The position numbers and the translations under genes are program-made. Source: an uncultured Acidobacteriota bacterium (GTDB lineage Bacteria; Acidobacteriota; Vicinamibacteria; Vicinamibacterales; UBA8438). Taken from it: a DNA stretch of 64,000 bases. Every line of letters begins with the position of its first letter. Positions within the stretch are counted from its first letter, which is position 1. Shown in pieces: positions 51,376 through 61,217 of this stretch. The notes beneath the pieces are model-generated. The model was not told where the DNA came from, did not search any database, and was given only the letters and a program-made list of their open reading frames with translations. The stretch lies in contig CAJWLU010000018.1 of assembly GCA_913043225.1 (NCBI GenBank), positions 1 through 64,000 on the forward strand, given 5' to 3'.

Positions 51376-52246
51376 TCACGCTTCACTAGGTGGATGTTCG
51401 TCATCCCACTTGCGGGCCAGACGTTGGCCTTCGGAGAGTTGCTCAGAATTCATCCGTGCCTTGAGGCGATCTCGGACCCCGGTTGCGTCGCTGTCGTTGG
51501 TCAACGCAGGTTCCCGGTCACAGGTCAGGGTAAGCTACATCCAGGCGGTCACGTCATCCTGGGGTAGACCACCTCGACCGTCGGTAACCATCTCTCCGAG
51601 GTCGTGCTGCGCAATCGCCTGCCCCTGCGCCGCCGCCAGTTGAAGCCACCGCACGGCAACAGCGTCGTCCTGTTCAACGCCGTCACCGAGCGCGTACATC
51701 GCCCCGAGGGTCCCCTGCGCCAAGGCATGTCCTTGATCCGCAGCGAACTGATACCAGCGCCCGGCCTCGGCCGCATCCGGCGGTACGCCCTGACCATTGA
51801 GATACAGGAAACCGAGTGCGCACTGGGCCTCGGCATCGCCTCGTTCTGCCAAGGGCCGGAGCTCATCCGCCTCGGCGGCGGCGAGCTGATCCTCGACACC
51901 ATCCAGTCCGCCGAACTCGTGGAGCACGGCGTTGTGTGTTTGCTGGGCCACCGCAGCATAGGCCGTGTCGAGCAGCGCCCTCGTTGGACAGCCGGTTCAC
52001 AAACTTGACGGTCTGGGCGAGCGGTGTTTCTTGGCCTTCTTCGAGAAAAGGAGAAACATCAAAGGCAAAGACCCGTCCTGTTCCGCACTTGTCGCACTCA
52101 ACGGTCGATCGGTCGATCGGTCCGCGGTCCGATCCAACCAACTCCCGGTGAACGAGCGCGAACTTGCCTCCGCAGTCGCAGGGGGTTCGCGAGAGATACC
52201 AGTATTCCTGCGGCACCGAATGAACCCGGATCGGTTCGTCACTCAA
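51376..52246 (-). pseudogene. Zn-ribbon + Sel1-repeat protein disrupted by a +1 frameshift (about 51979) and a TAG (51535-51537)
   Basis: CDCGG...CDKCG domain; Sel1 repeats (AERGDAEAQ..LG..Y..G.GV..D); after the TAG the frame continues RDRL..RM..EQ..EGQRLARKW, a typical Sel1-protein tail. Confidence 0.8.
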
Positions 52247-52342
52247 GGTTCGCTCTTCCTTTCGGTGGCCAGGATGGAGTTGTGTCGGTCTGTCCTTCAA
52301 GCTCTGCACGATCGGTCGGCCTGAAGGTCCGCCCTGCAGAAC

Positions 52343-53977
52343 CTAGTTGCCGTCCCGGATCGTCGGGTACTCGATCCCGAGCTGTTCCAGATACGTGTCG
52401 TATCGCGAGGGATCGAAGTAGTACTCCTCGAGCTGCGGTTTGTACTGCTCCATGATCTCCTCGTTGAGCCAGATGGCCGGCTCGTCCTGGGGACGGAGGA
52501 ATGAGGTGTATTCGATGTCCTTCCGCTGCACCGTATCGAAGTAGGTGCGGGCGTCGTCGACTAGTTCGGGTGTCATGAGGATATCGAGGAGCGTTCGGGC
52601 GTACACCTTGGCCCCGGCGGTGGCTCCCTTGTGCGCGATAGGGGTGGCCATGGCGATCGCTTTGTTCCAGTTGTGGCCAGCGCCACCGGCAATGTTCGAG
52701 GGGAAGCGTAGCGAGACGGTCGGCACTACCCACGAAATGTCACCGATGTCGTCGGAGCCCCCGCCTCGGCGCTGATTGTCCGGAATGTCTTCCTGTCCCC
52801 GTAACTCCTTGCTGATCTCGGTTGAGAGCCCGCGGTCGGGCACGCCCAGCATGCGCTGCACGGCCGTGGCAAGCGCCTGATCCTCAGCACTCCACTGTGG
52901 CATCCCGACGTCAAGCATGTTGGTGTGGACCGCCTCGGCCAGCGGCTTGTTCATATGCTGTGGCCAGGCTGCACCCAGTACCCGCGACTCGACCGTGGCG
53001 CCGGTCATCATCGCCGCGCCGTCGGCCATCTGGTTGCCGATATCCCACATCCGCATGATGTTCTGGTAGTCGGTTTCGCGGAAGAAGTACCAGACCGCCG
53101 CGGTCGGCGGTACCACGTTCGGCTGGTCGCCGCCGTTGCTGATCACGTAGTGCGAGCGCTGTTGGATCCGCAGGTGCTCGCGGCGGAAGTTCCAGCCGAT
53201 GTTCATCAACTCCACCGCGTCGAGCGCGCTCCGCCCGTTCCAGGGGTCTCCGGCGCCATGGGCCGCCTCGCCCTCGAAGAGATACTCGACCGACACCAGC
53301 CCGTTGCCGGCGCTCTCGCCCCAGCTCACCGACATCCCGCTGGAGATGTGGGAGTACAGCACGATGTCGACGTCGTCGAACAGACCTGCCCTGACGAAGT
53401 GGGCCTTGCCACCCAGCTGTTCCTCCGCGATGCCCGGCCAGATGACCAGGGTGCCGCTGAGCTGCTCGCGTTGCATGATCTTCTGCACCGCAAGCGCGGC
53501 CGTGATGTTCAGTGCCTGCCCGCCGTTGTGACCCTCGCCGTGTCCTGGAGCGCCCTCGACCAGCGGCTCCCGGTAGGCGACGCCAGGTTTCTGCGATGCC
53601 TGCGGAATGCCGTCGACGTCGGTCCCGATTGCAATCACCGGCGCCCCGGCGCCCCAAGTGGCCCACCAGGCGCTCGGGATGCCCGCCACACCGTGCTCCA
53701 CCTCGAAGCCGTGGTCTTCCAGGATGTCAGTGACATAGCGCTGTGTCTCGAACTCTTGGAACCCTAGCTCGTTGAAGCTGTAGATCATGTCTACCATCTG
53801 CTGGGTGAAGTCCCGCCGACTCTCGACGTCGACAACCACCTCGTCCTTCAGTTCCTCCAGTTGCGGGTTCTCGACCAGAGACGCTGCCACGGTGACCTGC
53901 GGGGTGCGGGCAGGCAGGCCAAGAACGACGGTCACGGCTGCCAGCGCGGCAATTGGGGTCACGGGGGGCAGACGCAT
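52343..53977 (-). CDS. M20-family amidohydrolase (AbgB-like), exported
   Basis: Signal-like N-terminus; ELGFQE, GHGEGHN, AEE, HGA..PW.GRSALDA, GG.QPNVVP, GSDDIGD.SW. Confidence 0.9.
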   Translation of the reverse strand: MRLPPVTPIAALAAVTVVLGLPARTPQVTVAASLVENPQLEELKDEVVVDVESRRDFTQQMVDMIYSFNELGFQEFETQRYVTDILEDHGFEVEHGVAGIPSAWWATWGAGAPVIAIGTDVDGIPQASQKPGVAYREPLVEGAPGHGEGHNGGQALNITAALAVQKIMQREQLSGTLVIWPGIAEEQLGGKAHFVRAGLFDDVDIVLYSHISSGMSVSWGESAGNGLVSVEYLFEGEAAHGAGDPWNGRSALDAVELMNIGWNFRREHLRIQQRSHYVISNGGDQPNVVPPTAAVWYFFRETDYQNIMRMWDIGNQMADGAAMMTGATVESRVLGAAWPQHMNKPLAEAVHTNMLDVGMPQWSAEDQALATAVQRMLGVPDRGLSTEISKELRGQEDIPDNQRRGGGSDDIGDISWVVPTVSLRFPSNIAGGAGHNWNKAIAMATPIAHKGATAGAKVYARTLLDILMTPELVDDARTYFDTVQRKDIEYTSFLRPQDEPAIWLNEEIMEQYKPQLEEYYFDPSRYDTYLEQLGIEYPTIRDGN

Positions 53978-54090
53978 CGGGGCCTCCAGACAGCTAGGGT
54001 GGAACGCGGTCGGTCCATCCTACGCCAGTTCAGGTCCGTGACGTACGTGTGTCCAGGGGACGGCTAATCCCCCATGATAGGGTGAGTCCC

Positions 54091-55353
54091 GTGCGCTATG
54101 CGGTGACCACCTTCGGGTGCCGGGTGAATCAGGCCGACTCGTTGCAGCTCGAGGCCGAACTTCGCGGGCGGGGAGCGGTGCGCGCGACGGTCGAAGAGGC
54201 CGATGTCGTCGTGGTTAATACCTGCTCTGTGACCGCGTCCGCCGACCAAGGCACCCGACAGACGCTGCGCCGCGTGGCCCGACTCAATCCTGAGGCGCAA
54301 CTGCTGGCGACGGGGTGCTATGCAACACGGGCGTCGACCGAGATCGAGGCTCTACCCGGGGCGCCCTTGGTGGTGCCCAACGACGAGAAACACACGATCG
54401 CCGCCAGGGTGATCGGGGAGCCAGACTCGACGACGGCAGACCGCTATGGAGATGGTGCGGGCGCGTGTGGCGCGCCCGTTACGCCGGGCCTCGTTGGCCG
54501 GGTGGCCTTCATGTTGCGGGTGCAGACCGGGTGCGACCAGCCGTGTGCCTACTGCGTTATCCCGACGACGCGCGGACGGGGGCGCAGTCTGGCCCTTAGC
54601 CATGTCGGGCGCGCCGTGAACCACGCCGCGCAGGGCGGTTTTCACGAAATCGTGCTGACCGGCGTGCACCTTGGATCGTTTGGGCGTGATCTCGAGCCGG
54701 CGAGCTCATTGATCAAGCTGCTGCAGTTCCTCGACCGCCACCCGTCCAACGTGCGCTACCGGATCAGCTCGCTCGAGCCGATGGACTGTCCTCCTGCCCT
54801 CATCGACCTCGTCGCGTCGAGTGGGCGTTTCGTCCCGCATTTCCACTTGCCCTTGCAGCACGCTAGCGACCGCATTCTTCGGCGCATGCGCCGGCCCTAC
54901 ACCCTCGCTCAGTACGCCGAGACGGTGGACCGGATCCGCCACCTGCTTCCGGATGCGGCCATCGGGTCCGACTTGATCGCCGGTTATCCGGGCGAGTCCG
55001 AAGACGACGCCCAGAGAACGCTCGACTATGTGGCCGGGAGCCCGTTGACCTATCTGCACGTGTTCCCGTACTCGGCTCGCCCGAGCACCGAGGCGGCGGC
55101 CCTGTCCGGCCGCGTGGCGGGACCGATGATCCGTGCTCGGGCGAAGCGGCTCAGGGTTGTCGGGGGCCAGCTGGCCGCGGCTTTCCGGCAGCGCCAGATC
55201 GGTCGTGAGCGCGAGGCGATCGCGCTGGACGCCGAGGGGCTCGTGCTGACCGACAACTACCTCAAGGTCAGGGTACTCGCCGGCGTGAAGCCGAACTCGC
55301 TCCTACGGGTCTGCATCGATTCGGCCGAGCCGCTGACCGGCGTGGTTAGCTGA
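54091..55353 (+). CDS. mtaB: tRNA t6A37 methylthiotransferase
   Basis: TFGCRVNQ, NTCSVT, GCYA, GCDQPCAYC, EIVLTGVHLG, ISSLEP, HVFPYS.RP.T. Confidence 0.88.
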   Translation: MRYAVTTFGCRVNQADSLQLEAELRGRGAVRATVEEADVVVVNTCSVTASADQGTRQTLRRVARLNPEAQLLATGCYATRASTEIEALPGAPLVVPNDEKHTIAARVIGEPDSTTADRYGDGAGACGAPVTPGLVGRVAFMLRVQTGCDQPCAYCVIPTTRGRGRSLALSHVGRAVNHAAQGGFHEIVLTGVHLGSFGRDLEPASSLIKLLQFLDRHPSNVRYRISSLEPMDCPPALIDLVASSGRFVPHFHLPLQHASDRILRRMRRPYTLAQYAETVDRIRHLLPDAAIGSDLIAGYPGESEDDAQRTLDYVAGSPLTYLHVFPYSARPSTEAAALSGRVAGPMIRARAKRLRVVGGQLAAAFRQRQIGREREAIALDAEGLVLTDNYLKVRVLAGVKPNSLLRVCIDSAEPLTGVVS

Positions 55354-56419
55354 GCTCTTCGGCGGCGTGCTGCCCGGCGGACCGACGTGGACCGCCCTCG
55401 ACAATGAGCTGACCGCATGCCGCACGGATGTCCTGCCCGCGGCTCTTCCGGACCGACACACGGACCCCACGTCGGGCGAGGGCCGCTGCGAAGCGACTGA
55501 CCCGAGAATCCGAGGGGCGTGCGAACGGGATGCCTGGTGCCGGGTTCAGCGGAATCAGGTTGACCTTGGCTGGCAAGGCGCCGAGCAGGCCAGCCAGGCG
55601 TCGTGCGTCGGCGTCCAGATCGTTCACGCCGTCGAGGAGCACGTATTCGAATGTGATCCGCTCTCGGTGCTTGAGCGGAAACCGGCGGCATACAGCCATG
55701 AGGTCCTCGAGCCGTTGCGTGCGGCTCGTCGGGATCAGCTTGTGGCGCAGTTCATCGGTGGTGGCGTGCAGCGACACCGCCAGGTTCGGGACCCAAGCCT
55801 CGGTTGCCAGGCGCTCCAGGGCGGGAATCAGGCCGACGGTCGACAGAGTGACCCGCCGTGGCGTCAGTCCCAGGCCCTCGGGGGCGGCCAGCATCCTTAG
55901 CGCCTTCATTGTGGCGTCGTAGTTGTGGAGCGGCTCGCCCATCCCCATCAAAACGATGTTGAACTTTCGGTCGGAGAGGTCGAGTTCTCGCGCCAGTACC
56001 CGCACTTGCCCGGCGATCTCACCCGCGCTCAGGTGCCGGGTCAGCCCCATCTGACCCGTCAGGCAGAACCCGCATCGCATGGCGCAGCCGACCTGCGTCG
56101 AGATGCAGAAGGTCATGGACGGCGTGTCGGGGATGAACACCGATTCCAGGGTCTTCCCGTCGCTCAGTTCGAGCAGGAACTTCTGCGTGCCGTCGGTCGA
56201 GCGCTCTTGCTTAGCAAGGCGCGGCGTTGAGCACCGCACCTCCGTCCGTAGACGCTGGCGGAGTGCCAGCGAGAGATCGGTCATGCCCTCTACCCCGTCC
56301 AGCCCACGTCGATAAAGCCAGCGGTAGATTTGGCGTGCCCGGAACGGCCCGACGCCCAGAGTGGCGACCATGGCCTCGAGTTCGGGCAGCTCAAGCTCGG
56401 CAAGGTCTGGGAGGCTCAT
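55346..56419 (-). CDS. rlmN: Dual-specificity RNA methyltransferase (23S A2503 / tRNA A37)
   Basis: CISTQVGCAMRCGFC, MGMGEP, SLHA, FEYVLL, VNLIP.N, DI.AACGQL. Confidence 0.96.
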   Translation of the reverse strand: MSLPDLAELELPELEAMVATLGVGPFRARQIYRWLYRRGLDGVEGMTDLSLALRQRLRTEVRCSTPRLAKQERSTDGTQKFLLELSDGKTLESVFIPDTPSMTFCISTQVGCAMRCGFCLTGQMGLTRHLSAGEIAGQVRVLARELDLSDRKFNIVLMGMGEPLHNYDATMKALRMLAAPEGLGLTPRRVTLSTVGLIPALERLATEAWVPNLAVSLHATTDELRHKLIPTSRTQRLEDLMAVCRRFPLKHRERITFEYVLLDGVNDLDADARRLAGLLGALPAKVNLIPLNPAPGIPFARPSDSRVSRFAAALARRGVRVSVRKSRGQDIRAACGQLIVEGGPRRSAGQHAAEELS

Positions 56420-56478
56420 CGGCTCGGTCTCACCGTACCATGGTCGCGTCTCAGGCTGCGGTCACAGACCGCAGTTGG

Positions 56479-56508
56479 TTGAAGAGGAGTGCCATCACGT
56501 GCTATTAT
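56479..56508 (+). promoter_or_regulatory. Probable sigma70 promoter for the M16 peptidase gene
   Basis: TTGAAG-N18-TATTAT with extended TGn. Confidence 0.5.
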
Positions 56509-56527
56509 GAGCAACTTGCTGTCTCGA

Positions 56528-56556
56528 CGTAATTCCTTATTGGACAATAAATTACG
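56528..56556. promoter_or_regulatory. AT-rich palindromic candidate operator
   Basis: CGTAAT-tcc-TTATTG-ga-CAATAA-ATTACG. Confidence 0.5.
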
Positions 56557-56607
56557 GAGAAGGTCTCCGGTTGTGGCCGTCCACTTACCGTGCCACCGTC
56601 GCCAGAC

Positions 56608-57867
56608 ATGATTGTTCGCGAGGAGCTCGATAACGGTCTCTGTCTGCTGACCGAGGCCAGACCCGAAGTTCGTTCGGTTAGCTTTGGAGCCTGGCTGACC
56701 CGCGGGTCGCGGCATGAAACCGAGGCGCGGTCCGGTATCGCCCACTTTGTCGAGCACATGCTCTTCAAGGGAACACGGACCCGCTCGGCGGAGGACATCG
56801 CCCAGGAGATCGATTCGATCGGGGGGCAGCTGGACGCCTTTACCGCCAAGGAATGCGCTAGCTACTACGTTAAGGTGCTCGACGAGCATCTTCCACGGGC
56901 GGTGGACGTACTGGCCGATCTGCTGCTGCGCCCGGCGTTCGATACCGAAGACATCGCGCGCGAGAAGAAGGTGGTGCTCGAAGAGATCAAGATGGTGGAA
57001 GATACGCCGGACGATCTCGTGCACGAGCTCTTCACCCAGCGGTTCTGGGGCGGGCATCCGCTGGGGCGGCCGATCCTCGGGGTACCCGAGACGGTCGAGG
57101 CGCTCGACGCCGGCACGCTGGCCGAATACTTTTCGACGGCATACACCGCACGCAACCTCATTATCGCCGTGGCGGGCAACATCGACCACGACGGGGTCAA
57201 GGAGCTCGTCGAACAGGCCTTCGGCGACTTGCGGACCGACGGAGTGGCGCCGGATACGTCGCCGCCGGTGGCCGTGCCCGGTTTACTGGTCAGGGACAAG
57301 GCGCTTGAGCAGTGTCACGTGTGTCTGGGGGCGAGTGGCTATCCGCAGGAGCATGAGGATCGCTACATCTGCTATCTGCTCAACATCGTGCTGGGCGGTT
57401 CGATGAGCTCTCGGTTGTTCCAGAACATCCGCGAGAAGCGCGGTCTCGCCTACGCCGTCAACAGCGGGCTGGTGTCGTATCGCGATGGCGGAGCATTCAC
57501 TATCTATGCCGGGTGTGACGCTGAGACGGTTCGGGAAGTCATCGACCTAACCGTCGCCGAGTTGCAGACACTCAGGGATCGGCCGGTATCGGACGACGAG
57601 CTGCGCCGGGCCAAGGACCATCTCAAGGGCAGTCTCGTGTTGGGCCTTGAGAGCACCTCAAATCGGATGTCTCACATGGCTCGCCAGGAGATGTACTTCG
57701 GCCGTCAGTTCACGATCGACGACACACTGCGAGGCGTTGATCGCGTGACCCGCGTCGACATCCAGCGGGTGGCCCGTGACCTGTTTTCGCCAGGTGGACT
57801 GGCGGCGACGGTGCTCGGGCCCGTGGGTGGAATCGGGCTGAATGAGGCCCAGCTTTCGCTCAGTTAG
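56608..57867 (+). CDS. M16 (pitrilysin-like) zinc peptidase
   Basis: GSRHE, GIAHFVEHMLFKGT, LDAFT.KE, GGSMSSRLFQ.IREKRGLAY. Confidence 0.93.
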   Translation: MIVREELDNGLCLLTEARPEVRSVSFGAWLTRGSRHETEARSGIAHFVEHMLFKGTRTRSAEDIAQEIDSIGGQLDAFTAKECASYYVKVLDEHLPRAVDVLADLLLRPAFDTEDIAREKKVVLEEIKMVEDTPDDLVHELFTQRFWGGHPLGRPILGVPETVEALDAGTLAEYFSTAYTARNLIIAVAGNIDHDGVKELVEQAFGDLRTDGVAPDTSPPVAVPGLLVRDKALEQCHVCLGASGYPQEHEDRYICYLLNIVLGGSMSSRLFQNIREKRGLAYAVNSGLVSYRDGGAFTIYAGCDAETVREVIDLTVAELQTLRDRPVSDDELRRAKDHLKGSLVLGLESTSNRMSHMARQEMYFGRQFTIDDTLRGVDRVTRVDIQRVARDLFSPGGLAATVLGPVGGIGLNEAQLSLS

Positions 57868-58014
57868 CTTGCAGGCTGCTGAAGCACGAGCCTGCCTGGC
57901 GCGTACGGCCAGACCTACAGTTCCAGGTTTGGCTTGAGCCAACGCCATGGCTTAGCGGCGTTGGCCAGGAGCTGGACCAAGGGGCGAAGCCCGCGGAAGT
58001 GAAGGAGGCGAACC

Positions 58015-58851
58015 ATCGGCGTCCGGTTGACGGTGCTTGGGAGCGGAAGTGCGGGAAACGCGACGCTTGTCGAGGATGGTGCTCGTCGGGTCTTGATCGA
58101 CGTGGGGCTGAGCTATCGCGAGGTGACCCGGCGGCTGGCTGAGCTCGAGGTGCCGCCGGAAGGGATCGGAGGGGTGGCCATTACCCATGCCCACGGCGAT
58201 CACACCCGGGGCGCCGGCCTTCTGTCCCGGCGACATGGGGTCCCGGTGCATACGACGCCCGCCACCCGTGAGGTCTGGGCCGACGATGTGGCCAGTTGGG
58301 GCGAGCTGGCTTGCGACGAACCGACCGATATCTGCGGCTTCCGGTTCACGCCGTTCGAAGTGCTCCATGACGCCGAGGCGGAGACCGTGGCGTTTCGTAT
58401 CGAGACCGCCGACGGGACCATCGGGTACGCGACCGATGTGGGGTGCGTGACGGCCAACTTGCGCAGCCACTTCTCCGACTGTCGCGTTCTGGTCATGGAG
58501 TCGAACCATGCGACGGACCTGCTGCAGGTCGGGCCCTATGCGCGGTCCACGAAGGCGCGGATCGCTAGCACTCGCGGGCACCTGTCGAACGAATCGCTGG
58601 CAGGGTATCTTCGTGACCACCTCGGCCGGTCGGTTCGCTGCGTGGTTCTGGCACATTTGAGTCGAGTCAACAACATGCCCGAGTTGGCCGAGATGACCTG
58701 CCGGGAGGCGCTCGAGGCCAGAGGTCGAGAGGACGTGCGTATCGTGGTGTCTCGCCAGGACTGTGTGGCCGAAACTGTGGACCTGGCGGCCTGGTCGGCA
58801 CCGGCGCATGTGGCGCCTACGCTCAGTCGGCAGGCGTTGCTGCCTTTCTAA
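58015..58851 (+). CDS. MBL-fold metallohydrolase (YycJ/WalJ-like); probable ATC start
   Basis: LGSGSAGN, IDVG, ITHAHGDH, HDA, TD.G, ESNH, GHLSN, LAHLS..NN; AAGGAGG 6 nt before ATC at 58015 (ORF track uses TTG 58027). Confidence 0.88.
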   Translation: MGVRLTVLGSGSAGNATLVEDGARRVLIDVGLSYREVTRRLAELEVPPEGIGGVAITHAHGDHTRGAGLLSRRHGVPVHTTPATREVWADDVASWGELACDEPTDICGFRFTPFEVLHDAEAETVAFRIETADGTIGYATDVGCVTANLRSHFSDCRVLVMESNHATDLLQVGPYARSTKARIASTRGHLSNESLAGYLRDHLGRSVRCVVLAHLSRVNNMPELAEMTCREALEARGREDVRIVVSRQDCVAETVDLAAWSAPAHVAPTLSRQALLPF

Positions 58852-58975
58852 GGACGGTCACGATGGGTGAACAACCGCCGTCCGGGGCCGAACGTCGCTG
58901 CACTATCTTCCGGGCGGACGACTAGCGCGGCGCGCTGACTGTTTGCGGAGAAAGAGCACGAGGTAACCATCACCT

Positions 58976-60289
58976 ATGATTTCCCGATACACCCACCCCG
59001 AGATGGGGCGGATCTGGGACGACCAGCGGAAGTACGACACCTGGCTCAAGGTTGAGGTGGCGGCCGCCAAAGCTATGGCCGCCACAGGAATGATCCCCGA
59101 GGAGGCGGCGAGCGATCTCGCGGCGTGTGAAGGGGTCGATGCGGCTCGCATCGACGAGATCGAGCAGACCACCCAGCACGACGTCATCGCGTTCACGACG
59201 GCGGTGGCCGAGATAATCGGACCGTCGGCTCGGTGGCTGCATTTCGGGTTGACGTCGTCTGACGTGCTGGACACCGCGCTTGCCGTGCAGATGCGCGAAG
59301 CGGCTACTTTGCTCCTGGACGATCTCGATGCCGCCCTCGAAGCGGTCCGCGAGCGCGCTATCGAACATCGCAATACGCCCATGATCGGTCGTACCCATGG
59401 TGTGCACGCCGAGCCGATGACGTTTGGGCTCAAGTTGGCCTTGTGGTACGCCGAGCTGACCCGCAGCCGTGAGCGGCTCGCGCGGGCGCGCGACATCGTC
59501 AGCGTGGGGAAGATCTCGGGCGCGGTCGGCACGTACGCGCATTTGGAGCCGGAGATCGAAGCGCGCGTTTGCGCTGAGCTAGGGCTGACCCCGGCCCCAG
59601 TGGCGTCGCAGGTCATCCAGAGGGATCGCCATGCCGAGCTGCTGGGGGCTATCGCGCTGACCGGCGCCTCGCTCGAGAAGTTCGCGGTCGAGATTCGTGG
59701 CCTGCAGAAAACCGAGCTGGGCGAGGTGCAGGAAGGCTTCGCGAAGGGGCAGAAGGGCTCGTCGGCCATGCCGCACAAGCGCAACCCGATTGCCTGCGAG
59801 CAGCTGACGGGGTTGGCCCGCTTGCTGCGGTCTAACGCGCACGCGGCGGTCGAGAACATTGCGCTGTGGCACGAACGAGATATCTCGCATTCGTCGGTGG
59901 AACGCGTGATCGTACCCGATAGCTGCATCACGTTGGACCATATGCTGCGCCGGTTCGCGAGAGTCATGCGGGCGCTTGTGGTACACCCTGACCGGATGAT
60001 GGAGAACCTAGAGCGGTCGCGTGGCGTGGTGTTTTCTGGAACCGTGTTGCTCGAGCTCGCGCGACGGGGCGTTTCCCGCGAGCAGGCCTACACCTGGGTC
60101 CAGCGGGCTGCGATGCGCTCGCACGACGAGGGGTTCGATTTCAGGATGCTGCTGGCCCAGGACGCCGAGGTGATGGGAGTGCTCACCACCGCTGAGCTGG
60201 ATGAGGCGTTTGATCTGCAGTATCAGCTTCGGCATGTCGGACCCATCGTGGACCGGGTGCTCGGCGAGCGGGAGGAGGCGGAGGCGTGA
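58976..60289 (+). CDS. purB: Adenylosuccinate lyase
   Basis: MI.RY, HDV.AF, HFGLTSSD, GRTHG.HAEP, GSSAMPHKRNP, LWHERDISHSSVER. Confidence 0.97.
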   Translation: MISRYTHPEMGRIWDDQRKYDTWLKVEVAAAKAMAATGMIPEEAASDLAACEGVDAARIDEIEQTTQHDVIAFTTAVAEIIGPSARWLHFGLTSSDVLDTALAVQMREAATLLLDDLDAALEAVRERAIEHRNTPMIGRTHGVHAEPMTFGLKLALWYAELTRSRERLARARDIVSVGKISGAVGTYAHLEPEIEARVCAELGLTPAPVASQVIQRDRHAELLGAIALTGASLEKFAVEIRGLQKTELGEVQEGFAKGQKGSSAMPHKRNPIACEQLTGLARLLRSNAHAAVENIALWHERDISHSSVERVIVPDSCITLDHMLRRFARVMRALVVHPDRMMENLERSRGVVFSGTVLLELARRGVSREQAYTWVQRAAMRSHDEGFDFRMLLAQDAEVMGVLTTAELDEAFDLQYQLRHVGPIVDRVLGEREEAEA

Positions 60290-60528
60290 AGACGAGGGTG
60301 TTTGTCAGTTTGAAGGCGTCGGTATTCGATCCACAGGGGCGGACGATCGTCGAAGCGTTGCAATCGATGGGCTACGGCAGCGTGTCCGACGTTCGTCAGG
60401 GCAAGTACTTCGAGGTCGACGTCGACACCGAGTCGGCCGATGAAGCGCGGTCGCTTGTGTCGGAGGTGTCCGACAAGCTGCTGGCGAATCCGGTCATCGA
60501 GAGCTACCGGGTCGAGGTGGACGAGTGA
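60286..60528 (+). CDS. purS: FGAM synthase subunit PurS
   Basis: [19 protein letters not shown]. Confidence 0.96.
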   Translation: MKTRVFVSLKASVFDPQGRTIVEALQSMGYGSVSDVRQGKYFEVDVDTESADEARSLVSEVSDKLLANPVIESYRVEVDE

Positions 60529-61217
60529 AGTTCGCGATCATCGAGTTTCCTGGGTCGAACTGCGACCATGACGCGTACCACGCGGCGAAGCATGTGCTCG
60601 GTCAACAGGCAGCGTTCGTCTGGCACAAAGACGCCGGGCTTGGCGGCGCCGACGCGGTGGTGTTGCCAGGTGGTTTTTCGTATGGTGATTACCTTCGCAC
60701 CGGCGCCATCGCACGGTTCTCGCCGGTCATGGAGAGTGTTCGTGAGTTCGCCGCCGGGGGCGGCCCGGTCATCGGTATTTGCAACGGGTTCCAGGTGCTT
60801 CTCGAAGCGGGGCTACTCGAGGGGGCCCTGCTCTGCAACCGTCGCTTGAAGTTCCTCTGTCAGCACGTGCACGTCCGGGTGGAGCAGACCGACACGCCGT
60901 TCACCGGCGCGGCACAGCTCGGTCAGGTGTTGAGCCTGCCGATCGCACATGGCGAGGGCAGCTACCATGCGCCGCCCGAGACGCTGGAGGCGCTCGAGGC
61001 CAATCGCCAGGTCATTTTTCGTTACTGCAGCGAGGAAGGGGGGCTCCAGGATGCGGCGAACCCGAATGGGTCGCTCGCTGCCGTAGCCGGCATCTGCAAC
61101 CCGGAGCGTAATGTCGTGGGGTTGATGCCTCATCCTGAGCGAGCCTGTGAGTCGGCACTGGGGAGTGAGGACGGTCGTGTGGTCCTGGAGTCAGTAGTGG
61201 CGGCGGTAGCGGCGTGA
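60525..61217 (+). CDS. purQ: FGAM synthase glutaminase subunit
   Basis: [35 protein letters not shown]. Confidence 0.97.
   Translation: MKFAIIEFPGSNCDHDAYHAAKHVLGQQAAFVWHKDAGLGGADAVVLPGGFSYGDYLRTGAIARFSPVMESVREFAAGGGPVIGICNGFQVLLEAGLLEGALLCNRRLKFLCQHVHVRVEQTDTPFTGAAQLGQVLSLPIAHGEGSYHAPPETLEALEANRQVIFRYCSEEGGLQDAANPNGSLAAVAGICNPERNVVGLMPHPERACESALGSEDGRVVLESVVAAVAA

Noticed and set aside
51535..51537. Pyrrolysine or stop-codon reassignment at the in-frame TAG
   Set aside because: TAG ends many intact genes in the window, the position fits a TGG-to-TAG mutation, and the same gene also has a frameshift
51380..51540. tracrRNA or CRISPR repeat upstream of the Cas9-like stub
   Set aside because: The segment translates as the natural C-terminal tail of the Sel1 protein after a premature TAG
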